A DNA stretch of 64,000 nucleotides from Candidatus Cloacimonadales bacterium (GTDB taxonomy: Bacteria > Cloacimonadota > Cloacimonadia > Cloacimonadales > JAFGVF01): NCBI GenBank assembly GCA_963677495.2, contig CAXXOU010000004.1, positions 800,001 to 864,000 on the forward strand, read 5' to 3'. The notes below the pieces were generated by a model that saw nothing but the letters and a program-made list of their open reading frames with translations, had not been told where the DNA came from and made no database searches. Positions 8,803 to 17,990 of this stretch are shown piece by piece; position 1 is the stretch's first letter; every line of letters starts with the position of its first letter. The position numbers and the translations under genes are program-made.

Positions 8803-10946
8803 TATTCAGTTCTTTCGACCTCTATCAGGTTCTCTCCATTTTTATCTAAGCACATTCTTGATATACCGTTTTCCTGAGAAATCTCAATCGTTCCAGTATA
8901 CTTTCTAAAAACCTTGTTAAAGATTTTTAAGTTAATGAATGATTGAATTTCTAGAACTCCCTTATTGTCAACAGCTTTATAATTAGCTTCTGTTGTAATG
9001 AATCCGGGCATGAATGCTTTTAAGAAGAGAATTGATTTCTCCATGAATGGAGAATAGAAGATTGATAATGGTGGTTTATCATTCCACTCTATCGACTTAC
9101 CTTTGAGATAGGGGAGTCTTGAAAGCAGAATTGCAAATGCATGTAAGCATGTACATCTATTACCATAATAACTGAAACAGTTATAAATTCCTTCATAGAT
9201 TGAGAAATATATATATGATTTATTGTCACTGGTGATGCTCAGATTTCCTAATAAATCCACATTTACTTCCCAGTTTTCTTTGGTAGTGCCACTTGCGACC
9301 TTTTTATTGAATACATAACTATCTTTAACTTTAAATCTCAATAGGTCTTGAAGTGAGTAATCAGGGATTAAAGGAGAGATTAAATCATCTTTTAATGGAA
9401 TTCCATAAGGAGTGAACTCATAATTCATAGTATCTTGAGTCTTCTTATAATTTACAAGATATGACTTAAGAGTTGAGGATCCCGGTTCAGGGCCTAACTG
9501 AATATTGAAATGCAGATGTGGGACTTCTGATCGACCTGTATTACCAACTGAACCAATTTTTGTTCCCTTACCGATGTAATCACCTAATTTCAGGTTAATT
9601 GTTCCTGGTTTCAAATGTGCATACATTGAATAGATACTACCCCAATGATGTACAATAACGTAATTACCCCAGTTATCTGTAGTATTTATTTGTCCAATTG
9701 GATTATCAGGAACTCCATCTAAAACTTTTGCAACATATCCAGGGGCTGATGCTAATACAGGTTTACCGTAACAGAAATAATCATTAGCATTGATTCCTTC
9801 ATTACGATACTTTTTACCCTCTTTATCTTGCATCTCAAAGTCCCATGCATGTTTCCAAAGATCTTTGTGAGTAAACTCCCCATCGTTACCTTGAGTGATA
9901 ACCCATTCTCCACTAAAAGGTAAGGCAAACTGAGATGTACCGGTTTCATAGAAACGATCAATTCTTGAGTAATAGTACTCTAGGTTTCCTTCAGGATGGA
10001 AAGCACCATAGTCTATGCTATATGGGTTCTTATTCACCAATCTAAGTCGCATAGCATATACATAGATAAACACTGTTATGCAATATGGGAATGCAAAAGG
10101 TGGTACGAAAAAGTTATAAAGCATTGTCTGGAAAGAAAATGCTATTATAATACCAGTAATCCCTGCAACCAAAGCTATAAGGTATGAGTACCAACCTGGC
10201 ACAAAGAAAACCCCGCCAATAGCTATTGAAATGAGTATCAGGTTCAGGCTTGGGAATAGTATTTCACCTGTTGGAAAATTATTAAAAACAGTCATGAAGA
10301 TAAAACTCAAACTATAACCAACTAACGATAGTACAAATCCGATTCTAGTTGTTATCAAAAGAGCAATTGCAATTAAAGCTCCTGTCACTATATTGGGTTG
10401 AAAGAAAATACTTCCTAAACTCTTGAAGTATAGCTCAATGAATTGAGGAATCTCCAGTGATATAGGGAATATAAGTGCTCTTGCTTCACCTATTAGTGTA
10501 CCACCAATTCTCAAATAGAAGAAACTAAAGAATATAGCTATGAATGAGAATGACAGACTCATCGATGGGAAGTTTAAGTATCTCGTGATTATCGAATTCA
10601 ACGCAACAAAAGTCAGCATTGTTAAGATAGAACCTATTACAAGTAAGCTACAGAAGATAAGTGGATTAAATCCGCTTGATGGATAGAAGTAACCTAGTCC
10701 AAGTGTTACCAATAAACTGTTAAAACCTAATAGACCTGAACGACTCTCCCAACCTTCAAACTTAAAGATTCTAGCAAAAGTTAGCGATATAGTAACTCCA
10801 ACTAGTCCTGAAAGACCTGTCTTCCAGTCGATAAGGGTTGAGACTAGAATTAGAAATCCTACTATCCTTTCATTGCTGAAGAGGATAGTAGAATATGAAT
10901 TAAATACTGCATCAACTAATGCAGGAATCTTAAATTTTGCTTTCAT
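8802..10946 (-). CDS. Urea-transporter-like membrane domain fused to M23 metallopeptidase domain and a C-terminal extension
   Basis: About 10 TM segments with UT-like motifs (GLLGFNSLLV, SLGSIFFQ); M23 motifs HAWDF, YAHLK, VGNTGRSEVPHLHF. Confidence 0.85.
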   Translation of the reverse strand: MKAKFKIPALVDAVFNSYSTILFSNERIVGFLILVSTLIDWKTGLSGLVGVTISLTFARIFKFEGWESRSGLLGFNSLLVTLGLGYFYPSSGFNPLIFCSLLVIGSILTMLTFVALNSIITRYLNFPSMSLSFSFIAIFFSFFYLRIGGTLIGEARALIFPISLEIPQFIELYFKSLGSIFFQPNIVTGALIAIALLITTRIGFVLSLVGYSLSFIFMTVFNNFPTGEILFPSLNLILISIAIGGVFFVPGWYSYLIALVAGITGIIIAFSFQTMLYNFFVPPFAFPYCITVFIYVYAMRLRLVNKNPYSIDYGAFHPEGNLEYYYSRIDRFYETGTSQFALPFSGEWVITQGNDGEFTHKDLWKHAWDFEMQDKEGKKYRNEGINANDYFCYGKPVLASAPGYVAKVLDGVPDNPIGQINTTDNWGNYVIVHHWGSIYSMYAHLKPGTINLKLGDYIGKGTKIGSVGNTGRSEVPHLHFNIQLGPEPGSSTLKSYLVNYKKTQDTMNYEFTPYGIPLKDDLISPLIPDYSLQDLLRFKVKDSYVFNKKVASGTTKENWEVNVDLLGNLSITSDNKSYIYFSIYEGIYNCFSYYGNRCTCLHAFAILLSRLPYLKGKSIEWNDKPPLSIFYSPFMEKSILFLKAFMPGFITTEANYKAVDNKGVLEIQSFINLKIFNKVFRKYTGTIEISQENGISRMCLDKNGENLIEVERTE

Positions 10947-10949
10947 ATA

Positions 10950-12296
10950 TTATGATTTAAGATGTTCTGGGATTCTCTCTTTATGCTGGATATCATTAAG
11001 ATATTCACGCTCTCTTATGAGCTCAACATCACCCGTCTCAGTAATTAGAACAACATTAGGTCTATATTCAATAAACTGCATCCATTGTGTCACATTGTAC
11101 GCGCCTACCGGATGAATAATAACTTTATCATCAACATGTAGATCAGGGAAAACACAATCAGGTTTAACTACATCAATATTCATGCAAAGAGGTCCATAAA
11201 ATACAGTACTTCTGGAAGTGCCTGATAACGGTTGAGCAGGTTTTACTGTAAGGTTATACCACCAGGCTGTAATCATAATATTTACACCACCATCAAGGAT
11301 AACAGCACGTTGTCCGGTAGGTAAATCCTTCTTTCCAAGCACAGAAGAGATGCAATATCCGGCTTCTGAAACTAACACACGCCCGGTTTCCATAATGAGT
11401 TTTGGGTTCTCTTCTCTGGTAAATTGAGCTTCATTGAATGCTCTGCCAATAGCTGCAAAGTATTGCTCTGGATTTGGAGATGCAAATTCTCCCGGAGTAT
11501 ATTGGTTATGTAGTGTGTTTTTAGAAGCGAACCCGCCGCCTAAATCGATATATTCAACTACAATACCAAACTTTTCTTTTAACTGCATTGCAAGGTCTAG
11601 GAGTGCTTTAGCTGAAAAATAATATGCAGATGGTTCAAGCATGAAAGTACCTATGTGACAATGAAGTCCTACAATCTTTAACTTGCCACCTGATACAATA
11701 CGTTGGAGCGTTCGCATTGCTTCTCCATTTTCATAATTAAACCCAAATCTTTGCCATTGCGGATAAACTCTTGTATCCATGTTCACGCGAATAGCAACTT
11801 CAGGGGTCATACTTAGCTCTTCAGCAACTTCTTCAAGAAGAACAAGCTCATCCATATGATCTATATGAATCTTAGCATTCTCAGATACTGCTTTTAACAG
11901 GTCATCTTTACGCTTACCGGGACCATTGAAGATAATATCTTCACCCTTCTGTCCTAGACCTTTTGCCATATCGTATTCCATGATGCTAACAACTTCAGGT
12001 TTCGCACCTTCCTGATGGAAGATAGAGGAGATGGCTTGTAGGTAGTTAGTCTTATATGACCAGCTTATCTCTGAGTTAGGATAATACTTCTCAAGTTCAA
12101 CTTTCATTTTACGATACTTTTCTCTAATCGCATTCTCAGAGAAGACGATTACCGGAGAACCATACTGCTCTACGATATCATTTACAGGTACATTCTCTAT
12201 TCTATCCTGATAATTTGCTACGCTTGAGAATCCAAACTTGTTTGTCATCCCTACATCATTTTTTTCTATAAAAGGTGGGTTATATTTCTTCTTCAT
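10950..12296 (-). CDS. PLP-dependent fold-type III decarboxylase (DAP/Orn/Arg decarboxylase family), substrate uncertain
   Basis: SYKTN (PLP Lys), FNGPGK, HCHIGT, DLGGGF, ETGR, GPLC, VGAY. Confidence 0.88.
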   Translation of the reverse strand: MKKKYNPPFIEKNDVGMTNKFGFSSVANYQDRIENVPVNDIVEQYGSPVIVFSENAIREKYRKMKVELEKYYPNSEISWSYKTNYLQAISSIFHQEGAKPEVVSIMEYDMAKGLGQKGEDIIFNGPGKRKDDLLKAVSENAKIHIDHMDELVLLEEVAEELSMTPEVAIRVNMDTRVYPQWQRFGFNYENGEAMRTLQRIVSGGKLKIVGLHCHIGTFMLEPSAYYFSAKALLDLAMQLKEKFGIVVEYIDLGGGFASKNTLHNQYTPGEFASPNPEQYFAAIGRAFNEAQFTREENPKLIMETGRVLVSEAGYCISSVLGKKDLPTGQRAVILDGGVNIMITAWWYNLTVKPAQPLSGTSRSTVFYGPLCMNIDVVKPDCVFPDLHVDDKVIIHPVGAYNVTQWMQFIEYRPNVVLITETGDVELIREREYLNDIQHKERIPEHLKS

Positions 12297-12298
12297 AA

Positions 12299-13372
12299 TT
12301 AGTTTTCCTTGCTGTAGTGTAATTCTCCCTGACTGGAGATTGTTCCGAATCTATCGATTGTTGAGATTATATCTTCTGAATGTCTAATAAATATTGTACC
12401 TGCTTTGTACTCTGTCATTGGCTCCACTTCTTTATCGAGAGCTTTTAAAAGGCAAGCTGCCGGAAGGTTTTGTCCTGCTCCTGATGAAAGTCTTATCCAG
12501 GCAGGGAAGCGAGGATTAATCTCAATAATAAAGATTTCACCAGCACCATTCTGAATAACTTCGAGCTCTGCCGGTCCTCGCCAGTTCAGAATTCTTATAA
12601 CTTGATGAGTAAACTCAGTTAAAGCCTGATTCTCAATCACAACACCACCAAACCCTTTACCCTTATCGGTAATTATAAGCTTGCGTTGCGGTATCATACC
12701 AAGTACTCCACCTTCACCATCACCAACAAGTGAGACATTGAATTCATCGCCAATCACTTTCTCCTGCACGATTATTGGCAGTCCCCATTTAGCTTTAAGT
12801 CTGGCAAAGACATCAAAAGCTTCGTCAATTGTACACACCTCGTATGCTTCGTACAATCTTCCCTTCACAAAGAACGGGAATGCTATTGTAGTTACAATAT
12901 TATACAACTCTTTAGCATCTGCACAGAAGAAGGTTTTTGGAACTTTGATTCCAAGCTCTCCAAACTCACGGTTAAGCCTTGTCTTATCTCTGGCAAGGAA
13001 CTGCTCTTCTGTTGGTAAGTAGAAGCTAATCCCTCGTTCTTTCAATTTATCTTCAAGTCTAATATAGTTGATTATCTCAGAATCAAGCGTAGGGATAATT
13101 ACATCTATCTTAGTTTTACTCAATATGTAATCAAGACGAGTAAGGAATATCTCTGAGCCACCGGAAGGGAAAGGCATCAGATAGATCTCATCAGCTAAAT
13201 CGTCAACAAAGATTCCCGCTTCAAGTGCATCATAAACTAGTGCTACTATTTTTCCTTTGAATCCCGCATCACGTAAACATCTGATTACGGGAGTGCCGGG
13301 TTGAGGGTTATCTCCGGTCTTTAGACCGGTAACAGCTACTGTTATGTCTAAACTACTTAAATCAATTTGCAT
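12299..13372 (-). CDS. ATP-grasp carboxylate-amine ligase
   Basis: DK, FPFFVKG, IVQEKVIGDEF, EINPRFPAW motifs; N-terminal VAVTGLKTGDNPQPG. Confidence 0.9.
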   Translation of the reverse strand: MQIDLSSLDITVAVTGLKTGDNPQPGTPVIRCLRDAGFKGKIVALVYDALEAGIFVDDLADEIYLMPFPSGGSEIFLTRLDYILSKTKIDVIIPTLDSEIINYIRLEDKLKERGISFYLPTEEQFLARDKTRLNREFGELGIKVPKTFFCADAKELYNIVTTIAFPFFVKGRLYEAYEVCTIDEAFDVFARLKAKWGLPIIVQEKVIGDEFNVSLVGDGEGGVLGMIPQRKLIITDKGKGFGGVVIENQALTEFTHQVIRILNWRGPAELEVIQNGAGEIFIIEINPRFPAWIRLSSGAGQNLPAACLLKALDKEVEPMTEYKAGTIFIRHSEDIISTIDRFGTISSQGELHYSKEN

Positions 13373-13373
13373 A

Positions 13374-13619
13374 TTACTTCACCAAATGAAGGTTTTTAAG
13401 TTGAGTTAAGAAGTATGCAACATCTCTGTTCAGGTTTTCTTCTGTAACTTCATATTCTGACAGTATTTTTGCTTCAATTTCAGTGTCAGATAGGCCTGAT
13501 TTCAAAAGAGATATAATTGTTAAAGCCATATCATTACAATTATAAGATAGCCCTGTTGTAGGGTCAAAAATAAAGCCATTATCGCTAATAGCTAGTTTGT
13601 TTAAATTTGTTACGTCCAT
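13374..13619 (-). CDS. PqqD-family (RRE) peptide-chaperone-like protein
   Basis: 81 aa; three short beta strands (FIFDPTTGLSYNCN) then helices ending EYEVTEENLNRDVAYFLTQLKNLHLV, a typical PqqD pattern; GGAG RBS. Confidence 0.85.
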   Translation of the reverse strand: MDVTNLNKLAISDNGFIFDPTTGLSYNCNDMALTIISLLKSGLSDTEIEAKILSEYEVTEENLNRDVAYFLTQLKNLHLVK

Positions 13620-13656
13620 ATACTAACTCCATTTTATTGCCCGAAGAAAAAGAGAA

Positions 13657-15477
13657 TTACCCCGTAGGGTTATTCTTAAAATACTTATAAATCTCCGTGG
13701 CTAACTTAAGACTGATGCCTTTAACTTCAGTCAGTTCTCCTACTGTTGCACGTTTTATTCCATCTACTGAGCCGAATTCTTTCAATAGGAGGAATTTTGT
13801 TTTATCACCAACACCTTTAATATTGTCTAATTCTGATTTAATTGTGCGCTTACTGCGTCTCTGTCTATGAAAAGTAATTGCAAATCTATGTGCTTCATCT
13901 CTCACATCAATTAACACTCTTAACGCTCCTGAAGATCTGGGGAGGAGTATAGAGCTTGTTTGTCCTGCAACGAAGACTTCTTCGATTCGTTTAGCAAGTG
14001 AAATCATGCTAATCGAGCCGTCTGATTGTTCCCGTAATTGACTGTACGCTCTGTTTAACTGTCCCTTTCCGCCATCTATGACAATCAAGTCCGGTTTTAA
14101 CTGCTCATCTTTTTCAGTTTCATGTAAAAATCTTTCTAAAGTCTCTGCCATGGATGCGAAATCATCTTGTCCAATAACCGTTTTCATAATGAACTTACGG
14201 TACATCTTCTTCTTGGGTTTACCGTTCTCAAAAAATACTGCAGAGGACACTGTATCACTTCCTTGAATCGTCGAAATATCCATACAGACAATCTTACGGG
14301 GTAGCTTTGGTAATCCAAGTAGTTCTTTCAGTTCCTGAATCGGTACAATTGTTCTTGTTGCTTTTCTCAAATGTGCAAGCTTCTGCTCCTCAACATAATT
14401 GAAGGCATTGAGTTTGGCTACATTGATCAGTTGAGCTTTTTCACCACGCTGAGGGAGAGTTAGACGATTTCCTAACCACTCATTCAATACATCCATAATA
14501 TCCGGTTCTAACTGGAGTAATATGCTATGTGGTAACTCATCAATCTGAGCATAATATGATTGCAGGAAGAAAGACAATATCTCAGATTCAGTCGATTCTT
14601 TAACCTGCGATAGGGGATAAACCTCTTTGTGTAGCACTTTACCTTCAACCATCTTGATTACAACAACTGCAGCAATATCTTCCTCTTTCGCGAGAGCTAT
14701 AATATCTCTATCCTTGAAATCAGTAAGGAACATAGTACGATTCGATTGAACTTTCTGAAGTGCTTCAATCTTATCTCTGGTAAGTGCAGCTTTCTCAAAC
14801 TCCATCTTTTCAGCTTGTTCCTGCATCTCAGCTTTCAGTTCATCAATTATCGCATTATGCTTGCCCTTAAGGAACTTCATCATCTGATCAACAACTCGTT
14901 TATACTCATTCACAGATATTTTACCTATACAAGGTGCAGTGCAAGTACCTAATTGGTAGTTGATACAGGCTTTATCAAATACGACCTTGTCAGCAGGAAT
15001 GTTCCTTGTACATCTGCGAATAGGAAAGATCCATTCCATTAACCTCATGGTCTTACGAACAGCTCCTGCATTTGTATGAGGACCGAAGTATCTGTTCCCA
15101 TCCTTCTTATAATCTCTGGTAACAAAGACACGTGGGAATGGTTCTTTAGTAGTAACTTTTATGAAGGGATATCGTTTATCATCTTTCATGATGATGTTAT
15201 ATCGAGGTCTATGTTGCTTGATTAGGTTTGCTTCGAGCTCTAATGCTTCCGACTCTGTATTGGTGATTATATAATCCAAATCACAAATTTTCGAAACTAG
15301 TCTTGCAGTCTTGGGATCAGACGGTTTTCCATTAATATATGACATAACCCTGTTCTTAAGGTTAACTGCTTTCCCTACATATATAATCTTACCTTTCTCA
15401 TTCTTCCAGAGATAACACCCTGGTTTAGAGGGGAGAAGACGTAGTTTAGTTTTTAGTTCTTCCGAAATCTTTGCCAT
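13657..15477 (-). CDS. uvrC: Excinuclease ABC subunit C
   Basis: GIY-YIG LPSKPGCY...IIYVGKAVNLKNRV, DIST, VIDGGKGQL, RDEAHRFAI, C-terminal HhH. Confidence 0.97.
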   Translation of the reverse strand: MAKISEELKTKLRLLPSKPGCYLWKNEKGKIIYVGKAVNLKNRVMSYINGKPSDPKTARLVSKICDLDYIITNTESEALELEANLIKQHRPRYNIIMKDDKRYPFIKVTTKEPFPRVFVTRDYKKDGNRYFGPHTNAGAVRKTMRLMEWIFPIRRCTRNIPADKVVFDKACINYQLGTCTAPCIGKISVNEYKRVVDQMMKFLKGKHNAIIDELKAEMQEQAEKMEFEKAALTRDKIEALQKVQSNRTMFLTDFKDRDIIALAKEEDIAAVVVIKMVEGKVLHKEVYPLSQVKESTESEILSFFLQSYYAQIDELPHSILLQLEPDIMDVLNEWLGNRLTLPQRGEKAQLINVAKLNAFNYVEEQKLAHLRKATRTIVPIQELKELLGLPKLPRKIVCMDISTIQGSDTVSSAVFFENGKPKKKMYRKFIMKTVIGQDDFASMAETLERFLHETEKDEQLKPDLIVIDGGKGQLNRAYSQLREQSDGSISMISLAKRIEEVFVAGQTSSILLPRSSGALRVLIDVRDEAHRFAITFHRQRRSKRTIKSELDNIKGVGDKTKFLLLKEFGSVDGIKRATVGELTEVKGISLKLATEIYKYFKNNPTG

Positions 15478-17015
15478 ACTTTCTTTATTGCATAGTTTGC
15501 ATAATCTATTTTAATTATTGAAGCTATTAAAATATACAACCCCATTACTATTGATGAGATAATACCAACTTTTACAAATAGTAATATTTGGTTCTCAGGT
15601 TCATACAATCCATTTAAGTAGTTGATTAATACGAAAAGGAATCCTGATAAGCCTATAGCTTTGAAGATATTAAAAGCTATACCCTTAAACTTGATTACCG
15701 GATATCGTTTCCTTATTAGGATTATCAATGTAAACGTATTTATTATTGCAGTTATGGTTGTAGAAAGTGCTAGACCTCCATGACCAAGGAACTGCATAAG
15801 AACATAGTTTAAGCTGATGTTAACTGCAACCATAACAGATGCTAGTATAACAGGTGTCTTCGTGTCCTTATTCGCATAAAACAGTGGAATAAGTGTTTGA
15901 TTTAAGCTAAAGAATAACAATCCTAAACAATAGAACATGAGCGCAAAATATGTCATATCGACAGCTTGTATTCCGAACTCACCACGCTTAAAAAGGATAG
16001 TGATTATATCTTCTCCTAGGCCAATCATAATAACAGAAATAGGTATCATAATATTTGCAAGTGATAGTATTGCAAAACGAAGACTATCAGATAGTTCCTT
16101 CCACTTCTCCTCAACTACATATCGAGAGAACATTGGTAACACTGCTGTTCCGGTAGCGATACCAAATATTCCTAAAGGTAACTGCATAAGCCTATTACCA
16201 AACATCAAAGCTGTAATGCTACCGGTTTGCAGGAACGATGCCATAAGATTATCTGCTATCAGGTTTAACTGTCTTACTCCAATCCCAATCACACCAGGAA
16301 TAAATCTTTTCCATAATGCGGTTAGTGCTTCACCTGTAACCTTAAGTGACAGCTTAAACCTATATCCTAAATTAGCAAGGAACGGGAGGTTTATTAGTAT
16401 TTGTAAGATACCACCTGTGAGAACTCCTAAAGCTGCATAATGTACTAATTGGTATGTAGATTCAACACCCATCAGCTTTGGAATAATCAAAAATGCCATC
16501 CATCCTATGTTCAGGAGTCCTGAAGACAATCCGGTCATAAAGAACTTATCATGTGAGTTAAGAATTGCAATCATCGTTGACGATAGTCCGATACAGAACA
16601 GGTAAGGGAAGAGGATTCTTGTTAAGCTGATAGTAACTATTGAAGTTCCCTCATCGAATCCCGGGAAGAATAGTCTTATCAATATTGGAGCGAGGAGCAC
16701 ACCCAATCCGGATAATATAAGTAGAAATGCCGAAAGCAAACTCATCACATTCAGAGCAAATTTGTATTGCTCTTCTTTACTTCTCGTCACACCGATTTCA
16801 TTATATATAGGCACAAATGCTGCTGATAAAGCACCCTCTCCAAACAATCTTCTTAATAGGTTGGGAAGGTTAAAAGCTGCATTGAATGCATCATTATAAA
16901 AGGTTGTACCAAAGAAGTATGCCATCACCTGATCTCGTAACAAACCGAGTATCCGACTTAGAAATACTGATGTTGACATAATTCCAATATTCTTAGCTAA
17001 TCTATTCTTGCTCAA
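15453..17015 (-). CDS. murJ: Lipid II flippase MurJ (MviN); TTG start at 17015 after GGAG preferred, ORF extends to 17039
   Basis: SRILGLLRD, LPNLLRRLFGEGALSAAFVP, RLMQLPLGIFG, FYANKDTKTP. Confidence 0.95.
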   Translation of the reverse strand: MSKNRLAKNIGIMSTSVFLSRILGLLRDQVMAYFFGTTFYNDAFNAAFNLPNLLRRLFGEGALSAAFVPIYNEIGVTRSKEEQYKFALNVMSLLSAFLLILSGLGVLLAPILIRLFFPGFDEGTSIVTISLTRILFPYLFCIGLSSTMIAILNSHDKFFMTGLSSGLLNIGWMAFLIIPKLMGVESTYQLVHYAALGVLTGGILQILINLPFLANLGYRFKLSLKVTGEALTALWKRFIPGVIGIGVRQLNLIADNLMASFLQTGSITALMFGNRLMQLPLGIFGIATGTAVLPMFSRYVVEEKWKELSDSLRFAILSLANIMIPISVIMIGLGEDIITILFKRGEFGIQAVDMTYFALMFYCLGLLFFSLNQTLIPLFYANKDTKTPVILASVMVAVNISLNYVLMQFLGHGGLALSTTITAIINTFTLIILIRKRYPVIKFKGIAFNIFKAIGLSGFLFVLINYLNGLYEPENQILLFVKVGIISSIVMGLYILIASIIKIDYANYAIKKVWQRFRKN

Positions 17016-17205
17016 AAGCACTCCATTAAAGATTTTCATAACTATTTAACGGGATTAGTTATTGTCAAGCGGGATATTCATATCGACTCTTTAGAACTCT
17101 TTAACAAGTTAACCAGGTTTTGTTATCAGCTTATCCGTTTATTCAATAATCGTGTTTCTATTGATTAGGATAACTTAAGGTCGTTAGCATACAATGCTAT
17201 TTCCA

Positions 17206-17505
17206 GTCATCTTGAGCGTAATGAGGACACGAACGAAGTCGAACCGACGACCATCGGGAGGAGCTCGTAAGCCGATAGGCGAGCAACTATTTACCTCTCC
17301 GATAACTTTAGTCTCCCAGCAATAGAAGAGCTCTTTTCCGATAGGAAAACACTGAAAGATAAGTCAATACTGCAAACAGTAATCCACTAAAGTCATCCGA
17401 GCGACCCGGAAGTTGTTCGCCTATCGGCTTACGAGCTCCTCCCGATGGTCGTCGGTTCGACTTCGTTCATTTCGTTTCACTGCATTCAGCTCCGCTCAGG
17501 GTGAC
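17206..17505. repeat. About 300-bp REP/MITE-like element (family R), copy 1, with an internal 58-bp inverted repeat
   Basis: Ends GTCATCTTGAGCG...CGCTCAGGGTGAC; arms 17231-17288 and 17411-17468 differ at 1 position; core ACCTCTCCGATAACTTTAGTCTCCC shared with 35025-35296 and 63101-63419. Confidence 0.85.
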
Positions 17506-17632
17506 ATGTATCATTACAAACTGATATTTATGGGCTTTTCTGTTCAAAAGTCTGGTAGAACCAGGTGTCATCCCTTGAATCGCTTGTGGATTTCAGACTT
17601 TTGTCCATTACTACTCTTATCCACATCGCTTC

Positions 17633-17767
17633 TCTCAGCAGTAATTAGTGATATAAAATTGGTTTTATCCTGGTGATAAGTTGGTTAAATCTTGGCAATT
17701 AGGCCAAGAATAGGCCAAGTGTTTGCCAAGGGTTTACCAAGTGTCTACCAAGAATTACTGCTGGAAG
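17633..17767. repeat. Family-A 11-bp-periodic palindromic element, copy 2
   Basis: TGG at 17660/17671/17682/17693 and CCAAG at 17704/17715/17726/17737/17748; terminal CTCAGCAGTAATT...AATTACTGCTG. Confidence 0.9.
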
Positions 17768-17990
17768 ATGAAGGATAAGTGAAGGAGTGTATTCAATCTG
17801 CCTTTCAGGGAGTTTATCCGATGCGAAGCGGAAACAGAGTTCCTTAAATGCACTTCGACTTTGCACGTCGAACACGCAGGAGACGCTTTCAGCTTGTCTG
17901 CATAGCTGGGATCATAGCGACCAAAGGGAGTTGGAGCGATAGCGAAAGATGGTAATTCTTTCACCACTATAAGTCCAATGATGAAAAAAA

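Noticed and set aside
10950..12296. Gene symbol lysA
   Set aside because: Specificity motifs diverge and the context is not lysine biosynthesis
13639..13656. CCGAAGAAAAA motif (also near 21512) as a sigma28-like promoter or shared operator
   Set aside because: Only two short matches in inconsistent orientation relative to genes, with no properly spaced -35 element
15937..16440. 167-aa plus-strand ORF and the other short ORFs nested in long genes
   Set aside because: Antisense or alternate-frame shadows of well-supported genes (murJ etc.)
17660..17760. CRISPR array
   Set aside because: Units are 11 bp with no unique 25-45 bp spacers; no cas genes in the window
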